From Marsupella aquatica (taxonomy: Eukaryota; Plantae; Marchantiophyta): a DNA stretch of 64,000 nucleotides. Each line of letters opens with the position of its first letter. The first letter of the stretch is position 1. A model generated the notes under the pieces. That model ran no database searches. It saw only the letters and a list, made by a program, of their open reading frames with translations, and was not told where the DNA came from. Location of the stretch: assembly GCA_973895155.1 (NCBI GenBank), contig OZ316891.1, forward strand, positions 8,495,875 to 8,559,874, given 5' to 3'. Positions 37,698 through 49,791 of the stretch are shown piece by piece. The translations under genes and the position numbers were made by a program.

Positions 37698-40099
37698 CAT
37701 GTCTTCTAATAAGACAAGATAGGGAGAAGGTGTCCCGCCATATAGTAGTGTCATTTACTTAGTGCTTGTTGACACTGCACACTAAACATATATGCCAAAT
37801 TTAAATTATTTGACAGTGCACACTCAACTACCACAAGATATTTTACAAAAGACTGATTATAGGCTGCTATTTTTCAGGAACCACTTCTTTTGATAAGTAG
37901 ATTATGCTTGTGAGTACAGACATGCATGGGGAGTGTGGGTTGGGAAAGCCCTTGCTGTCAATGAGTGTTTTGGCTAGTGGTAGATGATAACCAGGTCCAT
38001 GACCACCAGGCTGAGAAAGACTGACGGTCTTGGTCAAAATTAAATTGAGTAAACCTTACTTCCTGCTAAAAATCCATCACCCTCCCCCACTTAGGCTAAG
38101 TTTGGTAATATCCCAACCCCAGTATTTGCTTAGTACTTTCCTTGTACATTCCTGAACGTTGTTGTGTTTGTTGTGTCATTTGTGACACGTACCTGCACCC
38201 TGGGATACAGGACCAAGTTTTGGGATCACACTACTATTCACTTCATTCCGTTTAGTCAACCACATAGGCCAACCTACCCCAACTCCCAGTGTGGGTACAA
38301 TGCCAGTCCAAGTTTTGCGGGGCCTATTTGAGTAGGACATCTTTACATGGCCACGTGGACATAATTATTTGGCATGAAGTCCCCAGCTTGTATGCTTAAG
38401 GTTGGGTCCTAACCCAATTCCACATGATTGGGATTTCCCAATCTCTAATGCACATATAAATGTTGCCGCATTTGTGAAATGGTAGATGAAAAGTAGTGAT
38501 CAACATTAAGTCTACCAGCCAAACTTTGTTGTACATCCTAAACTATAATACACAGTTGCGCCAAAAAATGGTGTGGTCGTCATTCAAATTTGGAGTGTCC
38601 TTTTGGGTGAGAATAATTGAAACCTGTAAATATGGAACCAGTAAGGGGAAGAAAGAAAGGGACATGAAGAACCCTGGTACAGGGCAGGGTGTGCACAAAC
38701 GAGGTACACAAGGATGCGCAAGATAGGTACTATTGTACCTTCAGGTACAGACATATGAGCTCATTACTCTTGGGAGCCCCAGGTACAAGGTACAAAGGGG
38801 ATAGACCGAATGACCGATAGAGGTCTTGTAAGGAGGTACAATTGTACCAGCGGAGTACAACTTTTAAGAGAGAGGGAGGAGCATAGGCGCGTAGCTTCTT
38901 TCCCTTTGGAGCTCTCTATTCCAAGCCCATGTGAGCTCATAAGGGCTCCTGGCATTTAATTAGGCAACAACAACTACCGAATGCCCAGAAGAGGGAGAGC
39001 GATGAGGGAGAGTGAAGAGCAAGCGACGATGACTCCTGAGACGATCGACCCTGGCCCTCGCCTCGATCCAAACAACATATTTTTTAGGTGCAAACTTTTG
39101 CCAAATTCCACCTCCCCAAAATGTGTTCATCACTTTTTCCGCCACTTTTGCCAAAAATTTGCTAGATTCTTTGCATACCATTGGCTACTCTCCCACCAAA
39201 TCATGGACCCCATTTGCCAAAATCTAACGGTTGTACGTAAATCTAGGGATATCTGACGAAGAGGATATAATTCAAGAAAAATTGTTGAAGAATACTCCTA
39301 GCATCTCCTACCTTTGAGAGGCTGACATTTGGCACACTAGCTAAAAACAAAAAATTAATGTTTTACACCCGGGACCCCAAGGTCCCATCCCCAACCCTAA
39401 CTCAATCTTGCCCCGGGTTCCAACTCCACAACAACCCCTCAGTTGTTGTTATGTCGTGCCACTTTGTTTAGAACAGGAAGAGGCATGGGGTGGGGGCCAA
39501 AATATCTAGACCAAAGTTGGTCCTGGGGTGGCAGGTCCTCCAATGTTGGAAAGTGTTGCAAACCACACCACCACCCCAAGGGGGCATGGTATTTGCGAGT
39601 AAGGAGCCAAGTAAACTTGGATGAGGTTACCAAAAGGGTTCCATGCAAGGGGTAGGCAAATTGTTTTGTTGAAAGTGGGCTGAGTCGTGTCGTTGTACCA
39701 AGGGGAATTGGCATTGGGGCGGCCAAAGCCAAGTAAGTAGCCTTGGTCAACTTTAAGCAAACTAAGCTTAAAGTAGCCAAAAAGATTGGGGTTACTGATG
39801 GGGTTCCAAGATATATGCAAGGGCAGGGATAGGGCTGTTGAAAAGTCAGCCAAGCAGCCCCTTTGCCCCAGGGGGTCTCGACATTGGGGTGGCCAACGCC
39901 AATTAAGCTATTCCAGAGACTTTAAGTAAGAAGGTTAAGGTAACCAAAACTTTATGCAAGGGGTAGTGAAGAAATGTTGTTGAAATGTCAGCCAAGCCGT
40001 GTCATTATCCCAAGGGGTCTTGGCATCCCGCTCAGCATTGGGGCTGCCAAAGCCAAGTAAACGGCCATGGTAACTTTAAGTAAACAAATTTTTTACTTA

Positions 40100-41290
40100 A
40101 CTTAACATGGTTTACTAGCAATATTTCAATTGTACTTAAGAACATCTTTTACTTCACAACTTACATCTTTGTCTAACGACATCCCTTTACTTATTGACCA
40201 TTTTGTACTTACAAAAAAAATACTTAATACCATCTTTGGTGAAACATCATCTTTTACCTGACCACATCTTGGACATAAAGACATCTTTGGCGCAACGACA
40301 TCTTTTTACTTCACAACATTTTTCAAGTAAGAACATTTTTTCTTCACAACACCTTTGGCAACGCGACATCATAGTTGTTAATGACTCTTCTTACTTCACA
40401 ACATCTTTCACATATTAACAACATCTTTGGCAACATGACATCTTTTTTCTTAACGAAAGCTTTGGCAACACAACATCTTTTTTCTTAACAAAATTGTTGG
40501 CAACATGACACCTTTTTTCTTGACAACATCTTTGGGGACATGACATATTTTTCCTTAACAGCATCTTTTGTGCAATGCATGGGTATTGAGCTATCTTTCA
40601 CATATAAAGAACATATTGGGTGAAATGACACCTTTTTACATATAACATCTTTTATTTCACAATAACTTAGTTTGGCAAAATGACACCTTTTTCTTAACGC
40701 CATCTTTCACACAATGGCATCTTTCGCAAAATGACTAGTTCCTTTTTCTTAACGACATCTTTTTACTTCATGACATCTTTCAGATAACAACATCTTGGGC
40801 GATACGACATCTTTTGTGCAATGCACGGGTATTTTTCCTCAACGATGTCCTGGCCAACACAACATCTGTTTTCTCAACGACTTCTTTGCCAACACAACAT
40901 CCTTTGTCTCAATGACTTCTTGGCTGACACAACATCTTTTTTATCAATGAGATCTTGGCCGACACGACAACACTTTTCTCAACGCCCTCTTGGCCAACAC
41001 AACATTGTTTCTCTCAACAACCTCTTGGACGACACAACATCTTATTAATTTCTCAACCAAATCTTGGCCGACATGACATCTTGGTCGACCCGACATCTTG
41101 GCCGACACAACATCTTTCAAATATTCTCAACGACATCTTGGGTGACACGCCATCTTTCTTCTCAACGATCTCTTGGCCGACATGACATCTTTCTTCTCAA
41201 CAGCCTCTTGGCCGGCATGACCTCTTTTGTTCTCAATGACATCTTGGCCATCATGACATCTTTTGTGCAACGCACAGGATATTGAGCTAG
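40100..41290 (+). mobile_element. Non-autonomous Helitron 3' region
   Basis: Ends with hairpin TGTGCAACGCACA (41264-41276), then CTAG (41287-41290) followed by T, the canonical Helitron 3' end. Internal ACATCTTT-rich repeats. 5' end not located. Confidence 0.7.
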
Positions 41291-44220
41291 TTAATTATTT
41301 TGGCAAACCCACTCATTCAGATTCGATGCACAATTATTCCAGTGGCAATTGAGAGCAAGCCAGCCCACACTCATCACGATTTGGGTGAGACCGTCAGTGT
41401 CCCAAAGGAGTGGAAGGATAAAGTAGTAGGATAAAGTAGTGCACTTTTTCACCACGTAATGCACATTATTGGTTGATTATGGTAACCTGGATCCACCAGG
41501 TTTATCTGTGGGGACAGTGGCGGGCTAAGCCAAAATCCTCAACCCACATACTTCAAAGTGGCAAATAGAAAATGTATCAATGACAGATTTGTGATAACAT
41601 AGTAGAGGTCCATCAGGGATTCAATTACGGGTTTGATCCAGAGTCTGCATTACTAACTGATAACTGTCATTTTGGAGGAAGGCAGGATGTATGGATTTTG
41701 GTTCATGATTTGAACTGGCTGTGGCTCCGTTTCAGGTGAAACCCTCCTCAAATCCAACCATGCATACTTGACCTGTGGAATTCTGAAAACGCAATGACAT
41801 AATATAATGCTGGGGTGGCAATCGATTTCATTCTCAGACTGAATTTGGTTTTCTGTTTTTATAGAGTAATGAGAGAATGACTTTAAAACAGAGTGTCATA
41901 TTCTATCTCACCCAACACCTAATAGAGCTCCGTTGCCACAGTATAGCAAGATGGGGCACCATCCTCTCCTTCCAGGAATTGCTGCTGCAATGTGGCTGTC
42001 CTACCACTGAAGTGATCCAGTGTCATCTCGTACTATTTCACCTCCAAAATCATAAGCCAGCTGCTGCCAGGTGCTGGTTCTTCAATCGCCCACCTTTCCC
42101 CAATTGTGCAAAATCTCTGCTTTCTCCAAAACTGGGCACAAAAGCACGACGATGTTGACGATAATGAGGGACACTGAATGCTTGATACCATGCTGAGAGG
42201 CTACAGTGTTACCAACTTTCTATTGTCAGAGAATCCAGAATGCACATTGTGTATATTGCGATGATCGATTCTTGACGGTGTTAAGTTTTCGATTGCAAGG
42301 ACTTTTCCTTGACCTTCAAAATTGAAAACTGGAGTTTCTCGAAACGGACAATTAGGTACATGATGTTCTCACATGTAAGGGCAAATGAATTCGTAGAAGA
42401 CAATTACTTACAATGGTCTCTTTGTGTCCAATAGAGAGAAGATAATTAGCTAGACTGTAGCTAGTGACGGACTTTGCTCTGAGCCAGATTCTCGACATTG
42501 CACCTCACTGTGTCCAGCAAGGAATCCCTTTCCTAGCACTTAGGAAAAGGCAAGCAACTCCGACGTCCTGCTGCCAAGCTTCCTGCCAAGCTTCCTGCCA
42601 ACTCCTCCTCAAATCATCACAAAATCCTGTTGCGTTTTTTGGTGAACATCACTTCCTAGGTCTACCGTGCTTGGTGTAGAGAGAAAGTCTATCTGTGAAA
42701 GTTCTACGCTGAACTACGTGTCAAATCAGTTGGTAGGACAAAGTTGGTGATGACCGACACGGTTTGGTATTACTGGAACTAACTCAGAGCTCCGATACTA
42801 GAAAAGTAGTGTATAGACTATCTACGAATGTAGTCAATCTAGCTGACAGCATGGTGTACTAGAGAAACGACGAGTCTGTGTTCTAATGAAAGAGATTAGA
42901 GGCAATTCATCACGCCCATAATTCAAGCAAACTTGATCGACAATGTGATTAATCGAGGAGCAAAGCGGGCTTGCACAACATTGAGCATGAGTGTGAACAA
43001 GGAGGTTTATGCAATTCTCATCGCGCTTGCTCTACTAATTCTGGCTGATTTGACTAATTCTTGAATGGCTTGCAGATAATAATTGGGGGTGAGTAAAGGG
43101 GAAAAAAAAATCAATTCTCATTCTCCTTGCAGTTGGATGCAGAAATAGTACTTTACACATTCATAACGAGCACGATTGGTTTTGATTGCAAGGGACAATT
43201 GTGGTAAAGAAGAATGTCTTGTGTACAGTATGTTCGAGGCATCGCTATCATCTCCAGCGGGATCTTGCAAACGATGTAAGGCAAGCGGTCGCACCTTTAG
43301 ATCAAGAAACCTCCATGGAAGGTGAAGTTATGTCAGGGAGGTAAGAAATTGGCGACATTTACGGTCTCATCTTTAAATCAAGAAAACTCCATGGAAGGTG
43401 AAGAGGTATGGCAGGGAGGGTAAGAATTGGCGAAATTTAGGGAAAAAAATAAATCTGGTGCGAACAAAGTACAGAATAATTATAGTGATTAGGCCCCAAT
43501 AATCCGGGGGCTTACCAGAAAAGTCGTCGCCAAGACGCCAACTATGAAGCCAATGATGAGCTGACTACCTGATTCTGGAACTCATCCTTTCCTTCACTCT
43601 TTGTCCAATAAGTGTCGAAGCGCTCGTGGCGCCACTTCCATGACTGTACTGTACCCATCCCCATCTTCGTCTTCCCTCCTTTCGTTACCTCAGTCACCCC
43701 TACTGCTCTTCCGCCCTTCGCCTACGCCGTTCTTCGTTACGATCATCTGCAAGTACTACTTCTTTGTCCCGTAAACTTTTACCCTAAACCCTTCGGTCAA
43801 CAAAACCCTCCTGATCTGTTCCCGATTTCCTACTTTTCAATTGCCTTTTCTGCATTTCCTCTCCCATCCTCATCGTCTACTTTCCGCATCCTCTTCACAA
43901 TTACATCAATTATCTTCATCTGGTTCTACGCTTGGCTTCTCATCGGTACTGCAGCGCACTGATTAATGCTTAAAGGAATGGCTGATGGCTTACCAGAGTA
44001 AAAGGCAGGTTGCCGACGCCGAAGACTCACTTGAGCAGCAGCACTCTGTTCCAAGCTGGAAATGCTTCATTGTCGGATGTGCTCCTCCAGTAGATCATGG
44101 TAGTACTCTCTTCCGAGTTTGAAATGCTTCTGCAATAGATATGGCATTGTAGCCCGACACCGACACACAATTTGCATCTAGTCATATTGGACGTTGTGAT
44201 ATTTGAGACTACTCCATGCC

Positions 44221-47204
44221 ATGGCGACGACACCAAACTGTATGCTCACGGCAGCAGCAGCCTCGCCACATATTGGCCATCAGACCGGCCAGACTTTGCG
44301 GGCAACTCCCATTGCACACAATTGGGAATGCAAGCAGCGCGACCAGGCAAAGTTGGACGCCCTCAGCGATCTATCGAGCGAGTCAGAAGAATGGATGAGC
44401 GCAACTGTACCTTCGGACATCTTTGTCGAACTCATGAAAGCCGGGAAGATTCCGGATCCATTTTTAGAGATGAATGAGAACGAGGTGCAGTGGGTCGGAG
44501 AGGTCGATTGGATGTATCGCACTAGCTTTGAATGGCCACAAGAGCCACCATCACCAGCAAATTCTGCGCGGCAGGTTCTGTGCTTTGACGGTCTCGACAC
44601 ATATGCCACCGTTTATCTGAACGGAAAGCTTATTTTGCAATCCTCTAACATGTTCATCCCGTACCGCGTGGATGTGACCGACGTTCTTGATCCGGGAAAG
44701 AATACCGTTGGCATTCTATTCGAGTCTGCATTCCTCAAAGGTAAAGAAGAGGAAAAGCGATGGGGCGAGCATCCCTGCTGGAATGGGGACACTTCGCGTC
44801 TATATGTTAGAAAAGCCCAATATCACTACTCCTGGGACTGGGGTCCGAAGTTAATGACTTGCGGTGTCTGGAGAAAAGTTTATCTCGAATCGTACGAGGC
44901 AAGGATATCAGATGTGCACTTGCAGGTGGATCTTGCGACAGACAACAAGCAGGCTATCGTCGATGTCGAGATTGAAGTTGAGGATACCGACAACTATGCG
45001 CGTACGGCACAGGTCAGAGCAAATTTGCTGATCAGGGACTTCAAGAAATTTAGACGTTTTTCAACAATTGAGTACGTTTGAAATTGCCTTTTTGTTTAAT
45101 GTACATATGTAGAATCCTTTTCAAACTTTTGTGTAGCGCTTATCCTCAGGACAGGATTGCCGATCAGGACTTGAAGACATTACAGGGTTTTTCAACATTT
45201 GCAGCACATTTCAAATGGTCTCTGTTCTCCAATTTGCTCGATGCATATCTGCAAATGTTTTGTACAAACTTGATTCCTCACAGTTTGGTTTGCATTTGAT
45301 GTGCACAGGTCACGATCGCTGATCCTCGAGGGAACGTCGTCGTGAACAGCTATTCGCTGCCAGTAAAGAAAGGAATTACTAGTGGAAAACTCCCAGTGCT
45401 GCATGACCCTGAACTTTGGTGGCCTGCAGGACATGGCAAACAGCCATTGTGCACTGTCACGGTCTCCATTGTGCAAGAAGCCGAGCAGAGTGGATGTAAT
45501 GGGATCGTCCTTGACACGAAAAAGCAGCGCATTGGCATCCGCAAGCTTCAAGTCGTGCAACATCCTCTCACGGAGCAGGACGGCACCTCATTCTTCTTCC
45601 AGGTGAACAGCAAAGGCATCTTTGCTGGTGGTTCAAATTGGATCCCGGCGGACAACTTTCTGACGAAAATATCACCAGAGAGATATCGTGCTTGGCTCGA
45701 GCTCATGGTCAAGGGCAACCAAAACATGGTACGAGTATGGGGAGGTGGAATTTTTGAAGACGATATATTCTACGATCTCTGTGACGAGCTCGGTTTATTG
45801 CTCTGGCAAGACTTTATGTTTGGTTGTGGAGCGTACCCTGCGCATGCCGAATTCCAAGCAAGCATTCGCCTGGAAGCAGAGGCGAACGTTCGAAGACTCC
45901 GGAATCATCCATGCTTGGCAATCTTTGCTGGAAATAATGAAGACTACCAAGTGCGTGAGTCACTGAATTTGTGGACTGAAGAGACGTTTCCCGCTCGCGT
46001 TATATACGAGGAGCTCTTGCCATCTATCGTCGGAGCTCTCTCTCCGAAGACTCAGTATTGGCGCGGATCACCGTACACGAGCCCAGACAGGCTGACTTCG
46101 GATCCCACCATTGGTGATCTCCATCAGTGGAACATATGGGGGAATCAACAAGAGAAGTACCAGTACTATCCCGAGATCGGAGGTCGCTTTGTCAGTGAAT
46201 TCGGGATGGAGTCTCTACCTTGTGTCAAGACAATCGCTTCGTTTACAGACACCAAAACGGCGAAACCACAGTCTGAAGTAATGATGCACCACAACAAGGC
46301 TGAGGACAATGAGCGTAGACTTGCCGCGTACCTGATTGAAAATATCCGGTTCTCAACACACAATCTTGCGGACTACGTCTATGCGACGCAATTCATCCAG
46401 TCAGAAGCACTGTCAAGTGCGTACCGTGGCTGGCTACGACGATGGCAAGGACCGAATCGAGAGTATTGTGGCGGCGTGCTTGTGTGGCAAATCAATGACT
46501 GCTGGCCAGTATCGTCTTGGTCTATTGCAGACTACTACCTTCGACCTAAGCCGGCCTACTACACCATCAAGCGCATCCTTGACAAGGCATCAGTTTCATT
46601 CTCTCGCATGTCGCTCACAGATCGCTCGCCTGTGCTGGAAGCATGGGCCGTGAACCTCAGTGATGACGCCATGGATGTAGAATACCACCTAGAAGGCTTT
46701 ACTCTTGACGGCACGCGAGTGGTATCAAAGCAGGGTCAATTGCATCTGAAAGAGAACCGCAGCCAAGACATCGGCGACCTTACATTTGGGGTTGATTCGG
46801 ACATGATCCGCGAGCGGGATCACGAGATTGTCTACGGACTTCGGCTGCTCAAAGTTGGCAGCAGCAGTGGCGATGATGACTATGTCGTCGTTGGAGATAG
46901 CAGCAGGAGAGATGATAAGGCCGCTGTCATTGCGCGTGTTGCATCATGGCCAGAGCCATTCAAGTATCTTGACATACCGGATCCAGAGATCAAGCTCACG
47001 CATAGAGGGGAGACGTTGACACTGTCTGCGTTGAAACCTGCCAAAGGAGTCTGGCTGGAGTATGAAGGCGCCGATGATGACCTTGGTGGGACGATGAGCG
47101 ACAATATGCTCGATCTCATGCCTGGAGATGATCAGATTATCCATGCGCCGAATTGCAAAGGCAATGTAGCTATTCGATGGCTTGGGAAGGATTGGACTTA
47201 CTAG
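44221..47204 (+). CDS. Glycoside hydrolase family 2 beta-mannosidase, 2 exons (44221-45012, 45309-47204), ~895 aa
   Basis: The GT-AG intron 45013-45308 joins the two long ORFs in frame. Motifs FDGLDTYA, RKAQYHYSWDWGP, GSNWIPAD, NMVRVWGGG, WQDFMFGC, GNNED (acid/base Glu), RFVSEFG (nucleophile) and WQINDCWP. Confidence 0.93.
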
Positions 47205-49791
47205 TGTTTCAGTAGAAATGAAAAGTTTTTAACGTAATAATGATGATGCACACTGAATGAATGGATAGATGAATTGCGTTTATGAATGCACAATTCGCTT
47301 AGCAAAGAGCAAGAGACAGAGAGTACAAGCGCGCAAGAGATCTTGCCAAACGAAAAGGTAGAGAGAAAATGTACAGGAGAAGGGGGGAAAATACAAATCA
47401 CAACGACATGATCGAATGTCCAGGTGACAGTTGTTGGACCAATTTGCTCTACGGTGGTAAACTTAGCTCCACGTTCATGAATTTTTCCACAGGAAAGGGT
47501 AGTTCAATGAAAGGGCAGTGGAAAAGGCTGCGAGTGACAAAAGTGCTTGCAATAAATAAGCAGGACATGATTGTTGGGCGAGAAACAATAGGGAGAGGGT
47601 CAGGCGGAAAGAGATCAAGGGGAAAACAGGAAGGGCGGTTACAGACACAGGTACTGTTGTGTGATCGATGAGAAGTGGGAGAGATGACTTTTGGTGCATC
47701 GCTGAAGTCAGAGATTTCAATGCTTGGTCAGCTCATTTGAAGACTTTCGCTGAAAGAAATGATGGTGGAAGCAGGAAGAGCTATTGCAGACACAGGTAAC
47801 GTGAGTCGCTGGGTGGTGGACGAGATGACCCTCGGTGCATCACTGAAGTCAGGCATTCCAATGCTTTGTCAGCACATTGGAGACTAACTTTCGCTGAAAG
47901 TGATGATGATGATGATGATGATGACGATGATGACGGCGAAAGCAGGAAGAGTCATTGCAGACAGAGGCAGCGTGATCGATGAGAAGTGGAAGAGATGACT
48001 TTGGTGTATCGTTGAAGTAAGGCATTTCAATGCGTCATCAGTACATGGAGGCTTTGGCTGGAGCAATTGAACCCATGTGGTTGAGACAGCGCAGCAGAAT
48101 GAAGAGCCAGCCTCGGAAGTCGGAAACCCACTCAATCGCTGCGATTGGGGAACATTATTTGAGAATCATCCCCCTCTTCGGGAATTGCCATGTTTTTCAC
48201 CAAATGATATCAAAGCGTTTCTATTCAGAGCCTTATTCATTGCAGGATGATGTACGAGATGCAACGATAAAAACGACGTAGACAACATTTCTCAGGATCC
48301 AGACATCGAGTCGGACCAGATGGACAAAGAAACCATTCATGACGTAGGCAGTACAAGCAGCAGTCAAGGATCTAGAGTAACATACAGGATGAGCAGTCAA
48401 GTGATTCTAGCGGAAGACGAGATGAAGGTGGAGATCTTACGTGTGTAGTAAGTGTGGGTCTACGAGGATAGCCCATAGATGTTCAGGGATGAGCAAGGAC
48501 ACAGCGGAAAGAATCCCCATTTAGATAGGCAGTCCCGTTTCTCCTCATGGACAGCTCTTGAGAAAGCTGGAAAGAATACCCATTTAGATAGGTAGTCCCG
48601 TTTCTCCTCATGCACAGCTCTTGAGAAAGCTGAGACATCTGAAAGTAATTTCAGAAAAACAGGGTGAACGAAAGTTCAGAGAGGCAGGGTGAGGTTCATT
48701 TACCTGAATGGCATGGAGAAGTGGAGCTCACTCAGACAGAACCAATAACTCCTCCACAACCCAATTGAGGGTGTTAGGAGCAATTCCAGAAGCGCCCAAC
48801 ACTGTCAAAGAACTGCTTGCAACTGGGAGATTGGGACAGTTTCGAGTCCGATAAATGCGTTCCGAATAGGTATGTTTGCTGAAATAGTTTCTATTTTAGA
48901 TTTGTGGGAGGTGACATCTTTCCATATGACTATTGAAAAATTCTGAAGGACTTGGAATTTGTCTTGTTCTTCTCAGGTTAAGCTAACCGGAGGATAGCTG
49001 GCAATAGTGGCTGCATAAAAAATTTGTGAAGGAAATAAGGTGAGGGAGCAAGTCCATTGCCATAGGATCTCCTTTCTTTCATGTGCACTTTCTATGTCGG
49101 AGCTTAATTTTGCAAGCTGGTATTTTAATACTGAGGTCCTAGTCTTTCTGGCTGCTCTTGGAGATGGGAGGTCTCCACGCTGCAAATTGTCTAAAAAAGC
49201 TTCAAGATTAATTTAAATTCATGAATATTGAGAGACATTCAGAATGAGATGGAGAAGATCATGCGCCAACAAGAAGTGTGTCTCCCTTCATTACTCTGGG
49301 AGTATATGTAGTTCCCTCAATGGTACATTCACTGGTGGGTAGATAACCACGTGAACTACCTAAGGTTAGGGTTAAGTAACTAGGGTCTAATGGATCCATT
49401 ATAACACTCCCCCTTGGGTGCTTGATGGAGTTAAATGCAAGCAACCACAAAAATAGGATAAATGGATCCTATGTACTTAACGCTAGTGTGTATCCTGAAT
49501 ATTAGTATGGTCTCATTAAAACCATGCAGCTTTCTTCCCATGGAAAGAGTGCCACTACTAATGTATATCAGGTCATATATGAGTGTTTTACATTTTACTA
49601 TGTAAAACTTGAGTAAACCTATTTCTAAGCGTAATTCTAGCAAAAAAAAGAGGGTTACTGTCGAGTGGAGTATTATGTCAAGTCATCAACTGCAGTCTTC
49701 TGTCATCGGATGTCGATGCATGGAGCTTCAAGAGAGTAGATATTTCCACATCGGGGTAATTGTCGTAATCGTTAATGGTATGGTGTTTGCT

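Noticed and set aside
41400-42400. Possible exons (IAAAIPGR resembling a MYB motif)
   Set aside because: The match is too short, has nearby stops and gives no consistent exon chain.
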